From IMG/VR virus record IMGVR_UViG_3300016471_000988, positions 32,001 to 96,000 of that record: a DNA stretch of 64,000 nt; one strand, 5' to 3'. The notes beneath the pieces were generated by a model. That model did no database searches, was not told the DNA's origin, and saw only the letters and a program-made list of their open reading frames with translations. The position numbers and the translations under genes are program-made. This document shows, piece after piece, positions 18,898 to 28,178 of the stretch (position 1 is the first letter of the stretch; every line of letters starts with the position of its first letter). Source of the DNA: a virus.

Positions 18898-19317
18898 ATG
18901 AGTATGTTCGCTCGATTGTACACAAAGCAATTAAACGAAGAAATTCATTCTATAAATGAGTTCTCCACTTGGAATCAGGGACTCTTAACAACTACTATTG
19001 GACCTAACTTTTTTAAAGCATCAGGCATGAAACCCACACAAAGACATAGACAACACATTCCAAAAGACCCAGGATTTAGAAAGCATGCACAAACTGTGCC
19101 AGATATGCACAAAATAGATCCAAAATCATTACAAATGTTAGATGACTTAAAAGTATCTAATTCCGGACGAAAGGTTCTTAGTCAAGATGAACTCCAGAAA
19201 GTTTGTACACAATATGGGGTCTCTCAACTTAATCCTTCGGCGCCAAAAAAACTAGGCAATACAGGTATTCTCTTAAAATTTGACCCCAACGTCAGGGGGT
19301 ATGTGTTAGAAAAATGA
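18898..19317 (+). CDS. hypothetical late protein, candidate head-internal protein
   Basis: TATAAATA 4 nt upstream; N-terminus MSMFARLYTKQLNEE. Confidence 0.8.
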   Translation: MSMFARLYTKQLNEEIHSINEFSTWNQGLLTTTIGPNFFKASGMKPTQRHRQHIPKDPGFRKHAQTVPDMHKIDPKSLQMLDDLKVSNSGRKVLSQDELQKVCTQYGVSQLNPSAPKKLGNTGILLKFDPNVRGYVLEK

Positions 19318-20069
19318 ATAGTATAGACAAATATACTGGTTCTAATTGCATTCGAAAATATCCTTTACAGTATACCACATCCTCGCTTCGTTTTACCAAC
19401 AAAGAAAATAATGAAAATGAAAGAATGCTATTTAGTAACTATTGGCGGGAGCAGATTGATTTATACGGACAAAAAGCACTTTACTATAGAAACACTTACA
19501 ATACCCTCTGCGCAGATAATGTTTATGGTGAACAGCCAACAGCCAGATTTCAAGATCCTCAACCCATAATAATGCTTGTAAAGCTATCCGAAAACGCTTT
19601 AATATTAAGCAAATTTGGGTATCAAAGTGATGAGCAGTGTACTGCGTACGTACACATAAGCTCATTTTATGCAGTGTTTTCTCCTGACACAGAGCCGAAA
19701 TCTGGAGATGTATTTAAACTTGTAGAGTATGGTAGTGACAGACCTGGTGAGCGAGATGGCAGATTATATGAAATAACAGAAAGATTAGATCAAGATAATG
19801 CCGAAATTAATCCTCTTATGGGACATTATGTATGGCGCTTACAGGCTAAGAGGTTTGATTTGTCCTTTGAACCTAACATCACTCCTGAACGCGGCAGTAG
19901 TCAGGTATTTGATGATGAAAGGTACGGAACAATTTCCACGATTATACCGGACGATACAACGTATTCAGTACGTACTACAGCTTACCCGGGTGCAGCTGAT
20001 GTTGTTAGTAAGGAGACTGTATTTAATATGGCCGTTAACAATACAGAAATTTACGGCGGTTATTATTAA
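19314..20069 (+). CDS. gp14: neck / head completion protein gp14
   Basis: EQIDLYG...YY...VYGE...LSKFG...PKSGDV...YVW.L pattern of the gp14 family. Confidence 0.75.
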   Translation: MNSIDKYTGSNCIRKYPLQYTTSSLRFTNKENNENERMLFSNYWREQIDLYGQKALYYRNTYNTLCADNVYGEQPTARFQDPQPIIMLVKLSENALILSKFGYQSDEQCTAYVHISSFYAVFSPDTEPKSGDVFKLVEYGSDRPGERDGRLYEITERLDQDNAEINPLMGHYVWRLQAKRFDLSFEPNITPERGSSQVFDDERYGTISTIIPDDTTYSVRTTAYPGAADVVSKETVFNMAVNNTEIYGGYY

Positions 20070-20413
20070 AACGAAGGCTCCTCTTCAGCTTCTTCCTTCG
20101 CAATAGCATCAACATCCTCAACCGATCCGGGTTTAAATAAATGCTTATTTGCAGCTATAGATGCATTTATCCCTATATTAAACTCCTCTCTATCGACATC
20201 TAAAATCATTGTTTCGAGTCGTTGGTCGATATATTTTTGAAAAGCTAATGGCTTGACCCAGAAATCATCTGATACCATATCAGTTTTTAATTCCTCAGCT
20301 TTCCGCTCAACTAAATCAATTGCTTCTATTAAGCAAAGCCATCTTGCATATTCAACCTTCCCCATTTTATGCTCTTTAGTCTTACACTGAACGGTTACTA
20401 AATTATTATTCAT
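20066..20413 (-). CDS. hypothetical protein
   Basis: 115 aa ORF with TTGATA-N17-TATTTT promoter 7 nt upstream. Confidence 0.75.
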   Translation of the reverse strand: MNNNLVTVQCKTKEHKMGKVEYARWLCLIEAIDLVERKAEELKTDMVSDDFWVKPLAFQKYIDQRLETMILDVDREEFNIGINASIAANKHLFKPGSVEDVDAIAKEEAEEEPSF

Positions 20414-20451
20414 ACCTTGTAAAATAAACGAATATTAAACAGTTATCAAGC

Positions 20452-20853
20452 TTATTTTAACTTACCAAGAATAAAAGCAACGATAGTAGCAAAAAAGGTA
20501 GTTGGTTCAACCTTTACTCCTGCTTTGACAAGCAGGTTAAAAGCACTTTTTTGTATATTAAAAACTTCTTTAATAGCTATAGGTAGCTCCGAATTACCAG
20601 TCTCTCTTTGCTGTAATCTTATTGAATCTTCTAGAATATCAAAAAAGTCCGCAACAAAAGCTTCTGGTGAGGGCGATGTTCCCAGGGATGCCGTGAGTGC
20701 ATTTTTATATATCTTATAAGCTGTAGGCCCTTGGGAAAAAAAATGCTCTTCAACACGCTTTTTTACATCAGCTACACTCAGTGATTTAACTTGAAACCCA
20801 GACACAGGTTGTATTTGGCTTGCGGGTATATATTTTATATCAAAAGAATCCAT
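20452..20853 (-). CDS. hypothetical protein
   Basis: 133 aa ORF starting 1 nt after the upstream stop. Confidence 0.75.
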   Translation of the reverse strand: MDSFDIKYIPASQIQPVSGFQVKSLSVADVKKRVEEHFFSQGPTAYKIYKNALTASLGTSPSPEAFVADFFDILEDSIRLQQRETGNSELPIAIKEVFNIQKSAFNLLVKAGVKVEPTTFFATIVAFILGKLK

Positions 20854-20854
20854 A

Positions 20855-21274
20855 TTAAGACTTCGGTAGATTGTGCTTTATTACTTCATCCGGCGACTCG
20901 ACTACAGGTGTTGTAACTAGTACGGTTTTAAGATTAACCAAAACATTTATATCTTTCTTGCACCCCGGGCAGGTGTATTCGTTCCTCTCATTCAACAAAA
21001 TAGGAACAAACGACTTAAATCCTCGATCACACGGGCATATTACTTCCGCACCTTGTTTGCTTAGCTCGGCTTCCCTCGCTAATATAAGAGCCTGCTCTTG
21101 AAGAGCTGCTTTACGGGTTATATACTCGTAATAAAAATAAAAACCTACAAACTGTAATACCGTTAAAAACGCAAGTGAACTAAAAAAGTTTATTCCTAAG
21201 TAAGTCAACGGCCAGGCACCAATACAGGCTACAAAAAAAGTTATTAGCAGACTAATTGCAGTACGACGAACCAT
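20855..21274 (-). CDS. membrane protein with two TM helices and a CxC...CxxC zinc ribbon
   Basis: hydrophobic aa ~6-48, then coiled coil, CPC and CPGC. Confidence 0.75.
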   Translation of the reverse strand: MVRRTAISLLITFFVACIGAWPLTYLGINFFSSLAFLTVLQFVGFYFYYEYITRKAALQEQALILAREAELSKQGAEVICPCDRGFKSFVPILLNERNEYTCPGCKKDINVLVNLKTVLVTTPVVESPDEVIKHNLPKS

Positions 21275-21297
21275 AAGTTATTATAGTATATAACTTA

Positions 21298-21669
21298 TTA
21301 TTTTTCAACTATTTTATTTAGCTCTGCAGTACAACTCAACAGCTCGTCTTGAATTTTCTTAATTTTTTCGTTTAATAACCTAACTGCCTGTATTTTGTTT
21401 TTTGAATCTTTTATGATAGGATTATTGACACTACTTGCAAGTGTTCGTCTTAAATCAGCACATTTAACAAATAAATCACCTATAAAATCTAACATTTTGT
21501 CAAGCGGATATGGTAGAATGGGTGGCGCTTTGTCTGTATTACGAAATCTATTGATAATATCATCAATAGTAATTACTTCAGGTTGAAGGTCTCTTTTTGC
21601 TATACCGCTAACCCATTTATTATAAAGCATTGTTGAGTCTTCACTTAGAACACCAGGCCTTTTATTCAC
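21298..21669 (-). CDS. hypothetical protein
   Basis: 123 aa, GTG start 5 nt after TTAAATA. Confidence 0.75.
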   Translation of the reverse strand: MNKRPGVLSEDSTMLYNKWVSGIAKRDLQPEVITIDDIINRFRNTDKAPPILPYPLDKMLDFIGDLFVKCADLRRTLASSVNNPIIKDSKNKIQAVRLLNEKIKKIQDELLSCTAELNKIVEK

Positions 21670-21720
21670 ATATATATTTAATATCGCGATTTAATAAATA
21701 TATAAACAATAAATATCTTT

Positions 21721-22140
21721 ATGAGTATGTTTGAAAAGCGATTTTTAAGTATTTTAGAAGCAGATGATAGTGAAGCAGCAGCGCCACAGCCTGAAGTCTC
21801 TGATGCTCAAGCTATGCAGTCACAACTAGATACGGGCACTGATCCAAAAGCATTAGACGCACAAACACCACCGCCTGGTGTAGATCAGGCGATAGGCGCA
21901 CACAACGCAGCTCAAAAAAAGGTATTGTCAGGGTGGATAGATAGAATAGCTGAATTTGTAGGCTTCTTGAATGGTGTAGATGGCAATAGCGTGCAGTCAC
22001 AGCTTGCTGCAAGCAGCTGCGATACAATGTTCGAAAAAATCTCTACAAGTGAAAAGAAGCGCATCGCACGTGTTGCAATGGAATTAAGTTCTTTTAATGA
22101 ATCACTAAAAGGCTATTTAATTTCGAATGACGATCGCTAA
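21721..22140 (+). CDS. hypothetical late protein, candidate head-internal protein
   Basis: ATAAATA 5 nt upstream; MSMFEKRFLSILEA N-terminus. Confidence 0.8.
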   Translation: MSMFEKRFLSILEADDSEAAAPQPEVSDAQAMQSQLDTGTDPKALDAQTPPPGVDQAIGAHNAAQKKVLSGWIDRIAEFVGFLNGVDGNSVQSQLAASSCDTMFEKISTSEKKRIARVAMELSSFNESLKGYLISNDDR

Positions 22141-23162
22141 GACACCTGAGCTAGTAGCAAATTAGCTTTTACGCCAGAGTATGTATTTTTTAGTATAAAA
22201 TTTTCAGTAATGCTATCTAATTTTGTATGTATACAAACTTCGTTTAAGTCCTTAAACTTTCTTAATTCAATAGGCCATATGAATATTTTATAACCGAGTT
22301 TTGCCAAGATAGCGGTCTTTTTCTTACTAGCAGTATCAATAAACTGATTATCTAATACCCATATTTTTTCATGCAAAGGAAATGACTGCAATTGCTCTTC
22401 TTGTCTTTTTGTAAAAATTTTTCCTTTACTTTCATTTATGCCTGCTACAGCTATTCCGTTTTTTAGAAAACAAGCATCTAGTGGGCCTTCTGTTATAAAG
22501 ATATTTTTTAAGCCACAGTCAATCCTATCTATGCCAAACAAAGTTTTTTCACTATTGAGCTTTGAAAGATATTTTGGATATGACTTACTCTCAACTATAG
22601 TTCGTGTCTGGTAGTGAGCTATATTACCGTTTGTATCGTAAAAAGGTATAATTAATCTATTCTTATGAGTGGGATCATTAAGACTTAACCATAATGTCTT
22701 GGGTTTGTTTATGGCTGTATCTAGTCTTCTATTTTTTATTAATTCTAACGCCTTGCTGACAATAGGTTCTTTCTTGTAGAACTGTACTTGAGTATTGTCA
22801 AAAAGGTTAATTGCATCTGTAGGTAAATCTGAAGGGGGTAGTTCCTTAACCTCAACTACTTTTTTTGGCTCTATTTCACATTCATCGCTCTTTAAAAACA
22901 TGCCATTCTCTTTTAAAACATCAAAATATGTTAGCCCAGTAACTTGTTGAACCCATTTAACTGGTCGCATACTCAAGCCGCAATTGTGACAGAAGATTAA
23001 ATTTTTCTTAGGTATGTAGTAAAGTCTACGCTTCTTACCCCATGATTTGCCCTCTCTACATGTTGGGCACGAACCGTTATATGCTTTTGAGAGTCTATTG
23101 TATTTTGGAGAGCCAGCAAATTGATAAAATTTAGAGACGATATAGTCCTCGTTGAGTAACAT
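22137..23162 (-). CDS. gp61: DNA primase gp61
   Basis: CPTC...CHNC zinc finger, RLIIPFYD, TOPRIM ITEGPLDA, VLDN, KDLNE. Confidence 0.93.
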   Translation of the reverse strand: MLLNEDYIVSKFYQFAGSPKYNRLSKAYNGSCPTCREGKSWGKKRRLYYIPKKNLIFCHNCGLSMRPVKWVQQVTGLTYFDVLKENGMFLKSDECEIEPKKVVEVKELPPSDLPTDAINLFDNTQVQFYKKEPIVSKALELIKNRRLDTAINKPKTLWLSLNDPTHKNRLIIPFYDTNGNIAHYQTRTIVESKSYPKYLSKLNSEKTLFGIDRIDCGLKNIFITEGPLDACFLKNGIAVAGINESKGKIFTKRQEEQLQSFPLHEKIWVLDNQFIDTASKKKTAILAKLGYKIFIWPIELRKFKDLNEVCIHTKLDSITENFILKNTYSGVKANLLLAQVS

Positions 23163-23168
23163 TATATG

Positions 23169-23196
23169 ATAATATAAGAATTTAGAAAATAATCAA
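23169..23196 (-). promoter_or_regulatory. sigma70-like promoter (primase)
   Basis: TTGATT-N16-TATTAT-N6-ATG. Confidence 0.8.
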
Positions 23197-23381
23197 TCTT
23201 TTTTTTCAGATGGCAAATCTTCTACACTTAGTAACCCCTTACGAATAAAAGTACCGCTAGCCGGGTCAATCCAATGACATTCCTTATATAGCTTACCACC
23301 GTACACACGCTCAACAATCTTTGGTGCAACTGGCTGACCACTAATTGGGCTCGTTATCTGAACAGGTCTTACAAATTCCAT
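23193..23381 (-). CDS. hypothetical protein
   Basis: 62 aa; CTAAATA 5 nt upstream. Confidence 0.7.
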   Translation of the reverse strand: MEFVRPVQITSPISGQPVAPKIVERVYGGKLYKECHWIDPASGTFIRKGLLSVEDLPSEKKD

Positions 23382-23389
23382 ATTAATAT

Positions 23390-23728
23390 TTAGGGCTTTC
23401 GCTTAGAATTCAATGAAAAAGGTGCTATTTTTAATTTATAATTCTTCTTAAATTGCATTTGGCACATCCCATATATAGGCTTAGGTAGTTTTTCAACAAA
23501 TACTAAAACCTTATTTTTAACACCATATTCAAAGGATTTTCTCGGCACAACAATAGGAATCATTTTTGGCAGGCTTAAAAAATGATAATCACCAGTTTTA
23601 GTTGTTTCAACGAAAACAAAAAACTGTCCTATAAAATCTCCATGCTCCACGGCATATATGCTTTGTAATGACGGGACTGGTTCAAACAAATTAAAGTTGC
23701 GTAGCCAATTTTGAAATATCTCTTTCAA
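23390..23728 (-). CDS. hypothetical protein
   Basis: 112 aa ORF overlapping the end of the upstream gene. Confidence 0.7.
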   Translation of the reverse strand: MKEIFQNWLRNFNLFEPVPSLQSIYAVEHGDFIGQFFVFVETTKTGDYHFLSLPKMIPIVVPRKSFEYGVKNKVLVFVEKLPKPIYGMCQMQFKKNYKLKIAPFSLNSKRKP

Positions 23729-24554
23729 GCGATTCTCTCACAGGGGGTAACTGAAGGTTAAATTCTCTTATCTTTTCTGTGCTTAAGACGCAATTACTTC
23801 TTTTTGCAACTGTGCTTAATGCATCGAGATCAATAAAATTCCATGCAGGGTTATTAATACCTGCTTTCTTAAGCATTTCAACTATCTCTTTTGCTGTAAT
23901 GCTACCTTCATTTACAACGTTAATAGGCCCAGGTCTAATAGATGTATAAAAGAATTTAAATTTTAGTAAAAATTCTTGCAGGTCAGTAATACTAGTTAGG
24001 CTATTTTCAAGACTTATTAACGAATCATAACTTACAAGTTTTTTGAGATAATTTTTTCTCGAGGTAGTCCCGTCGAACGGCATACGAATTCGTATACTGT
24101 ATGCATAACAATTTTGAAAGATTGTTTCACATGCATGCTTGCATTTACTGTAAAAACTACTGTTGTCACTGTATAACCCAAAATTAGGTTCATCCTCTTC
24201 TGTATATTGTTTTTCGTGTCCCGAATATATACACCCGCTATTAATTTGCACCACAGGTAATTCAAAGGCGTTTGCTGACAGCACAACATTTCTCGGAACA
24301 ATTACATTCCAAAACCAACATTCCTTTTTATTAGCCTCACAACCATCTACATTCGGGGTACCAGTATAGCCTGCGCAGTTAACAACTAAATCATATTTAT
24401 CTTTATTCTCTGTAAGGAATTTTTGCAACACAACTGGATCGGTGTAGTCAAGAGTGGACCTGGAAAAACTATCTACAAGCACATTATTTGCGCGATAAAA
24501 TTCATCAAGTGTTTTACCAACGTATCCGCGGCCTAGCAATAATATAGATTTCAT
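23691..24554 (-). CDS. NAD(P)-dependent nucleotide-sugar epimerase/reductase (RmlD-like SDR)
   Basis: LLGRGYVG Rossmann start, VNCAGYTG, YSKCK (YxxxK), IRMP. Confidence 0.88.
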   Translation of the reverse strand: MKSILLLGRGYVGKTLDEFYRANNVLVDSFSRSTLDYTDPVVLQKFLTENKDKYDLVVNCAGYTGTPNVDGCEANKKECWFWNVIVPRNVVLSANAFELPVVQINSGCIYSGHEKQYTEEDEPNFGLYSDNSSFYSKCKHACETIFQNCYAYSIRIRMPFDGTTSRKNYLKKLVSYDSLISLENSLTSITDLQEFLLKFKFFYTSIRPGPINVVNEGSITAKEIVEMLKKAGINNPAWNFIDLDALSTVAKRSNCVLSTEKIREFNLQLPPVRESLERDISKLATQL

Positions 24555-24892
24555 TTACCCTCAGGATTAATAGAATTTAGTATAAATTTATTAATAGCCG
24601 CTGATAGGGCATCAGCGTCCATTTGATTTGTTGCATGAACGAGGCTTATTGGTTCACGGTTTACATTGTAGCCTATAATAATAAATGCGCTCAAATATTC
24701 TGATATAAGTGCAGCCAGCGAACTTAGCGATTTTGCTTTCTCACTTTTTACATTAGACTGAACTGTAAGATATTCCTCCATGGCTGATTTGAGCAAACTT
24801 TCAATTTGCTTTCTATCCATTTTTACCATTTTCTGGAGATCTTTATCCTCAGGTGAATCCATACTATTATTGGGCCGTTTGGGACGCTTCAC
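24551..24892 (-). CDS. hypothetical protein
   Basis: ORF-track start 25030 overlaps the upstream gene in full; GTG 24892 lies 5 nt after CTAAATA (alternative ATG 24862). Confidence 0.65.
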   Translation of the reverse strand: MKRPKRPNNSMDSPEDKDLQKMVKMDRKQIESLLKSAMEEYLTVQSNVKSEKAKSLSSLAALISEYLSAFIIIGYNVNREPISLVHATNQMDADALSAAINKFILNSINPEGK

Positions 24893-25241
24893 TTGTATAT
24901 TTAGGCTTTTGCGTGTAATACGGGCTTTTTTCTGGCTTATTATTAATACCGCGTTGAATAAGATATTTGATAATAACTTCAATGCTATCCGTTTGAATAT
25001 TGTAGTTCTTATTAAAAAGCACACCGCCATCGTTTAGCTCGAACATAATATCACCATTAAATTCTTTATTAGTAAAACATGTAATAAAAACTGACGAGCC
25101 GCCTGGGTCGACTAAAACAGTCCATCGCCGAGGATCATGAATACCGTAACCATTAAACATTTTTAAAACGATAAAACCATTATCGCGCAATCTCTTTACA
25201 AAATACCCTGGTGTCTTAATTTTATTTTTTGGTGTATTCAT
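24867..25241 (-). CDS. hypothetical protein
   Basis: 124 aa, coupled to gp45 by an ATGA overlap. Confidence 0.75.
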   Translation of the reverse strand: MNTPKNKIKTPGYFVKRLRDNGFIVLKMFNGYGIHDPRRWTVLVDPGGSSVFITCFTNKEFNGDIMFELNDGGVLFNKNYNIQTDSIEVIIKYLIQRGINNKPEKSPYYTQKPKYTSEASQTAQ

Positions 25242-25966
25242 TTTACAAGAGACGATGCTATATATTTTGTTTTTACGATAGAGTCAGCAGTTTGAAACAC
25301 TACAATGCCTATCTTAGGATTTATCGTACATTCTAACTGCTTCACTCTCACACCGCTAATTATTCTAATAAGCTCAAAGTTCAAGCATAAACTCTGTAGA
25401 GGTGTGCCACTATATTCACACAAAGGTATGGACATACTGTCAACATTATGCCGGGCTTTGTCGGTTAAATCTCCAATAATCTTACCATTTTCCGAATACA
25501 AATAAAGCTTATTGCTTTCTGTGGTAAAGGTGCTACCTCGGAGTAATTCTAAAAGGGTTTTATACTGTAAAGTAAAAGTAATAGGAAAATCTAATGCACC
25601 GAGCTTCTCTACATTAATCTTAGGCTTGGTTACAATACCATCTTCTAGCAGATGATATTTAAAACGAATCTCCGTACCTGAATAGCTAATATTATTCTCA
25701 TTAACAGTAAATTTAAAACTATCTCCTGCAATACAATCAAACGCTTTTATAATTTTTTTAAGATCAGCAATATTTAAGTCTTTAGGTGTTTTGGTATCGG
25801 TTTCTGTTTTATATGTTGAGTGTAATATAACTGAAGAGTCAGATGTACAAACAACACTAGACAGTTCTTCTGGCGTTACTGTGATGACGCAGCTATCATT
25901 AATTTTACTTAAGGGTGATAGAAAATGATTAAGGAATAATTTTTTATCCAATACGTCTATATTCAC
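25238..25966 (-). CDS. gp45: sliding clamp gp45
   Basis: 242 aa; clamp-like length and alternating beta/alpha pattern; lies in the replication block. Confidence 0.75.
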   Translation of the reverse strand: MNIDVLDKKLFLNHFLSPLSKINDSCVITVTPEELSSVVCTSDSSVILHSTYKTETDTKTPKDLNIADLKKIIKAFDCIAGDSFKFTVNENNISYSGTEIRFKYHLLEDGIVTKPKINVEKLGALDFPITFTLQYKTLLELLRGSTFTTESNKLYLYSENGKIIGDLTDKARHNVDSMSIPLCEYSGTPLQSLCLNFELIRIISGVRVKQLECTINPKIGIVVFQTADSIVKTKYIASSLVK

Positions 25967-25972
25967 TTAATT

Positions 25973-26000
25973 AGTATAAATTAAGTTTTTAAAATTGCAA
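25973..26000 (-). promoter_or_regulatory. sigma70-like promoter (gp45)
   Basis: TTGCAA-N16-TATACT-N6-GTG. Confidence 0.8.
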
Positions 26001-26379
26001 TTATATCTCTTAATTTATCTAAGATGCTATCAAGCTTCGAATTAATTGTATCTGGTGTTATAGGTTGATTAAAGTCAAATACTAATTGATTAGGGTCCTG
26101 TTCTGCAGGTGGTACACTAACTACTTGTTGTACTTGTTGTACTGGTACTGACATGGGGACCGGGGCAGGCTGGTGATAAACAGGCGGCGGCGGTGGTGGT
26201 GGTGCCTGTACATTCGCTAAAACATTACGCAAATCCGTCTTTACCCCTCTAATATTGGAAGAACTTCCAACAATGTTTTTATCAATCTCATTTAACTGCG
26301 CGAGTGTAGAGCCAAGAAGGGATTTTAACGCTTCTTGAGCCTCAAGTGAATTAGGGTCTATTGGACGGAATGATTCCAT
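25981..26379 (-). CDS. hypothetical protein with Pro/Gln-rich linker
   Basis: 132 aa, coupled to gp32. Confidence 0.7.
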   Translation of the reverse strand: MESFRPIDPNSLEAQEALKSLLGSTLAQLNEIDKNIVGSSSNIRGVKTDLRNVLANVQAPPPPPPPVYHQPAPVPMSVPVQQVQQVVSVPPAEQDPNQLVFDFNQPITPDTINSKLDSILDKLRDIIAILKT

Positions 26380-27197
26380 TACTCAATGCCTTCTAGAAGC
26401 TTCTTAACAGTATCATCTTCTAGAAGATCTTCACCAGCATTGCTTGAAGTTTGTGGCTCTTTCTTAGGTGTAGCTGTAGGAGCGTCCTCAGTCTTATTGC
26501 AAAAATAATGTTCATTCAAAAGAGCTGTTAGCTCGTCATAGCTTTTAACAGTAAAGACTGACTCTAGATCTATAATATTCTTATAGATATCATCAATTTT
26601 AGATTTATCTAACCCCTCAATAGCCTTAGGAGTAGCAAACTTACTACTTACGTAAGTGGGGTAATCACCCTGTTGCTCGACCTTAATTTTTAAATTGCAC
26701 CCTTTGTCACTAAGATCGAAAATCTTAGGACCAAGCTCTTCAGCGTCTTCACCCTCTATGGCGTCAGTGATAATCTTATGCAACTGCTTACCATATCTGA
26801 GCACCATTGTCTTGCCGTTGTTTTCGCTGTTAGTCGGGTCGTTAACAACATACGCATTAACTAGCCACTTTTCTGCACGGACAATTGCCCTGGCCCTTGA
26901 CTTTTCGTCTTCTGTGCCAGTCTTTAACGTCTTATATCTAAACTCGGCGATAGGGTCTCGTGAGCCAAACGTCGAAGGACTAACAGCAGAAACATACTGA
27001 CCTGTGGCAAAACTAGTCCAGCCGAATGTATAGTAGTGAAAAAACGTTTTTGCGGGATTACTTACATTAGGTATAAGACGAACTGTGTATGTGTTGCCTG
27101 CTTCAAGCTTTAGGATGTCCTTATTACGATTTTGAGGTGTATTTTTGGAAAGAGCAGATTTAATGCTTTCAAACATGGTGTTAGTAATTGTACTCAT
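26379..27197 (-). CDS. gp32: single-stranded DNA-binding protein gp32
   Basis: VRLIP, DPIAE, YVVNDP, LRYGKQL, GCNLKIK, Y.SSKF; acidic tail. Confidence 0.9.
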   Translation of the reverse strand: MSTITNTMFESIKSALSKNTPQNRNKDILKLEAGNTYTVRLIPNVSNPAKTFFHYYTFGWTSFATGQYVSAVSPSTFGSRDPIAEFRYKTLKTGTEDEKSRARAIVRAEKWLVNAYVVNDPTNSENNGKTMVLRYGKQLHKIITDAIEGEDAEELGPKIFDLSDKGCNLKIKVEQQGDYPTYVSSKFATPKAIEGLDKSKIDDIYKNIIDLESVFTVKSYDELTALLNEHYFCNKTEDAPTATPKKEPQTSSNAGEDLLEDDTVKKLLEGIE

Positions 27198-27204
27198 ACA
27201 AAAT

Positions 27205-27232
27205 ATAATAATGGCTCTTTAAATTAAATCAA
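27205..27232 (-). promoter_or_regulatory. sigma70-like promoter (gp32)
   Basis: TTGATT-N16-TATTAT-N7-ATG. Confidence 0.8.
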
Positions 27233-27912
27233 GAGGTTTTTTTAATTTTTATTAATCCATACATAGCGAGCTTTTTGGCTTTATCACTATTCAAAAATTT
27301 TGTTCTAAATACAGCTATTTGGTCGTAGATTTCGGGTATAGTGAAGCGAAGGATATCTGGGTCGTTTTCACTAAAGCATTTATCAAAATTTTCAAATGCA
27401 AACATATTGTATATGCTTATTTTGCGTTCTTTTAAATGAACAATGAAACTATTTTGAATACCGTTCTTATGTTGGGGGTAGTCAGTAGGGACAATGCCAT
27501 TTTGCTTGCAAAATTTTTGGATAAACTTTAACCCATTAGCTATAGCCATCAAATGATACAAATCATCAGGTGGTAGTAAGAGCTTCTTTTTTTGAGCTAA
27601 CGTATACACTTTAATAGCTTTAGGTGAAGAATAAAAAGCTAAATCAAACCCGCTTTCCCCCGGATAAATGGTATATGGCGCTTTAAAGTATTCAATCATA
27701 TCTACCGATTGGTTTCGAATAAAAAAGTTTTTAAGTCTCAGTACTAATGGGTAGTATTCAGTATTCTCAAATCCGTGCCATTGCTTCCGCAACTTGTATG
27801 GTAACCCACTTTGTGATCGAGAGATTTTTAAAAATGTATTGTAGATATTTTTTTCAGAAATTATTTTATTCTGTGGCTGTTCAAATATTTCATTATGTAT
27901 TTGCTCTTGCAT
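27229..27912 (-). CDS. hypothetical protein (positional candidate for helicase loader gp59)
   Basis: 227 aa between helicase and gp32; start uncertain (overlaps upstream gene by 52 nt). Confidence 0.6.
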   Translation of the reverse strand: MQEQIHNEIFEQPQNKIISEKNIYNTFLKISRSQSGLPYKLRKQWHGFENTEYYPLVLRLKNFFIRNQSVDMIEYFKAPYTIYPGESGFDLAFYSSPKAIKVYTLAQKKKLLLPPDDLYHLMAIANGLKFIQKFCKQNGIVPTDYPQHKNGIQNSFIVHLKERKISIYNMFAFENFDKCFSENDPDILRFTIPEIYDQIAVFRTKFLNSDKAKKLAMYGLIKIKKTS

Positions 27913-28127
27913 AAAGAAGGATCGAAATCTAAAAAGATTCTAACTGCTGCAACATCACTATCAACATCTAAAACGTGCTTAAATAAATTTCTTACGTCCT
28001 TGTTTTGCAGATACAATAATAAGATATTTGCAAGGTTGTACTTCTTGTTCAAAACAATACAAACGTAACTACAGAATGAGCGAAATAAATGATCTGTTTC
28101 TTCTCTATAAATATTGTGAAAGTTCAT
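27861..28127 (-). CDS. hypothetical protein
   Basis: 88 aa ORF filling the gap after gp41. Confidence 0.7.
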   Translation of the reverse strand: MNFHNIYREETDHLFRSFCSYVCIVLNKKYNLANILLLYLQNKDVRNLFKHVLDVDSDVAAVRIFLDFDPSLCKSKYIMKYLNSHRIK

Positions 28128-28178
28128 GCTGTAGTAAGTAGTTACTAAAATTTATGTAACTGCAACATGAAATCACGG

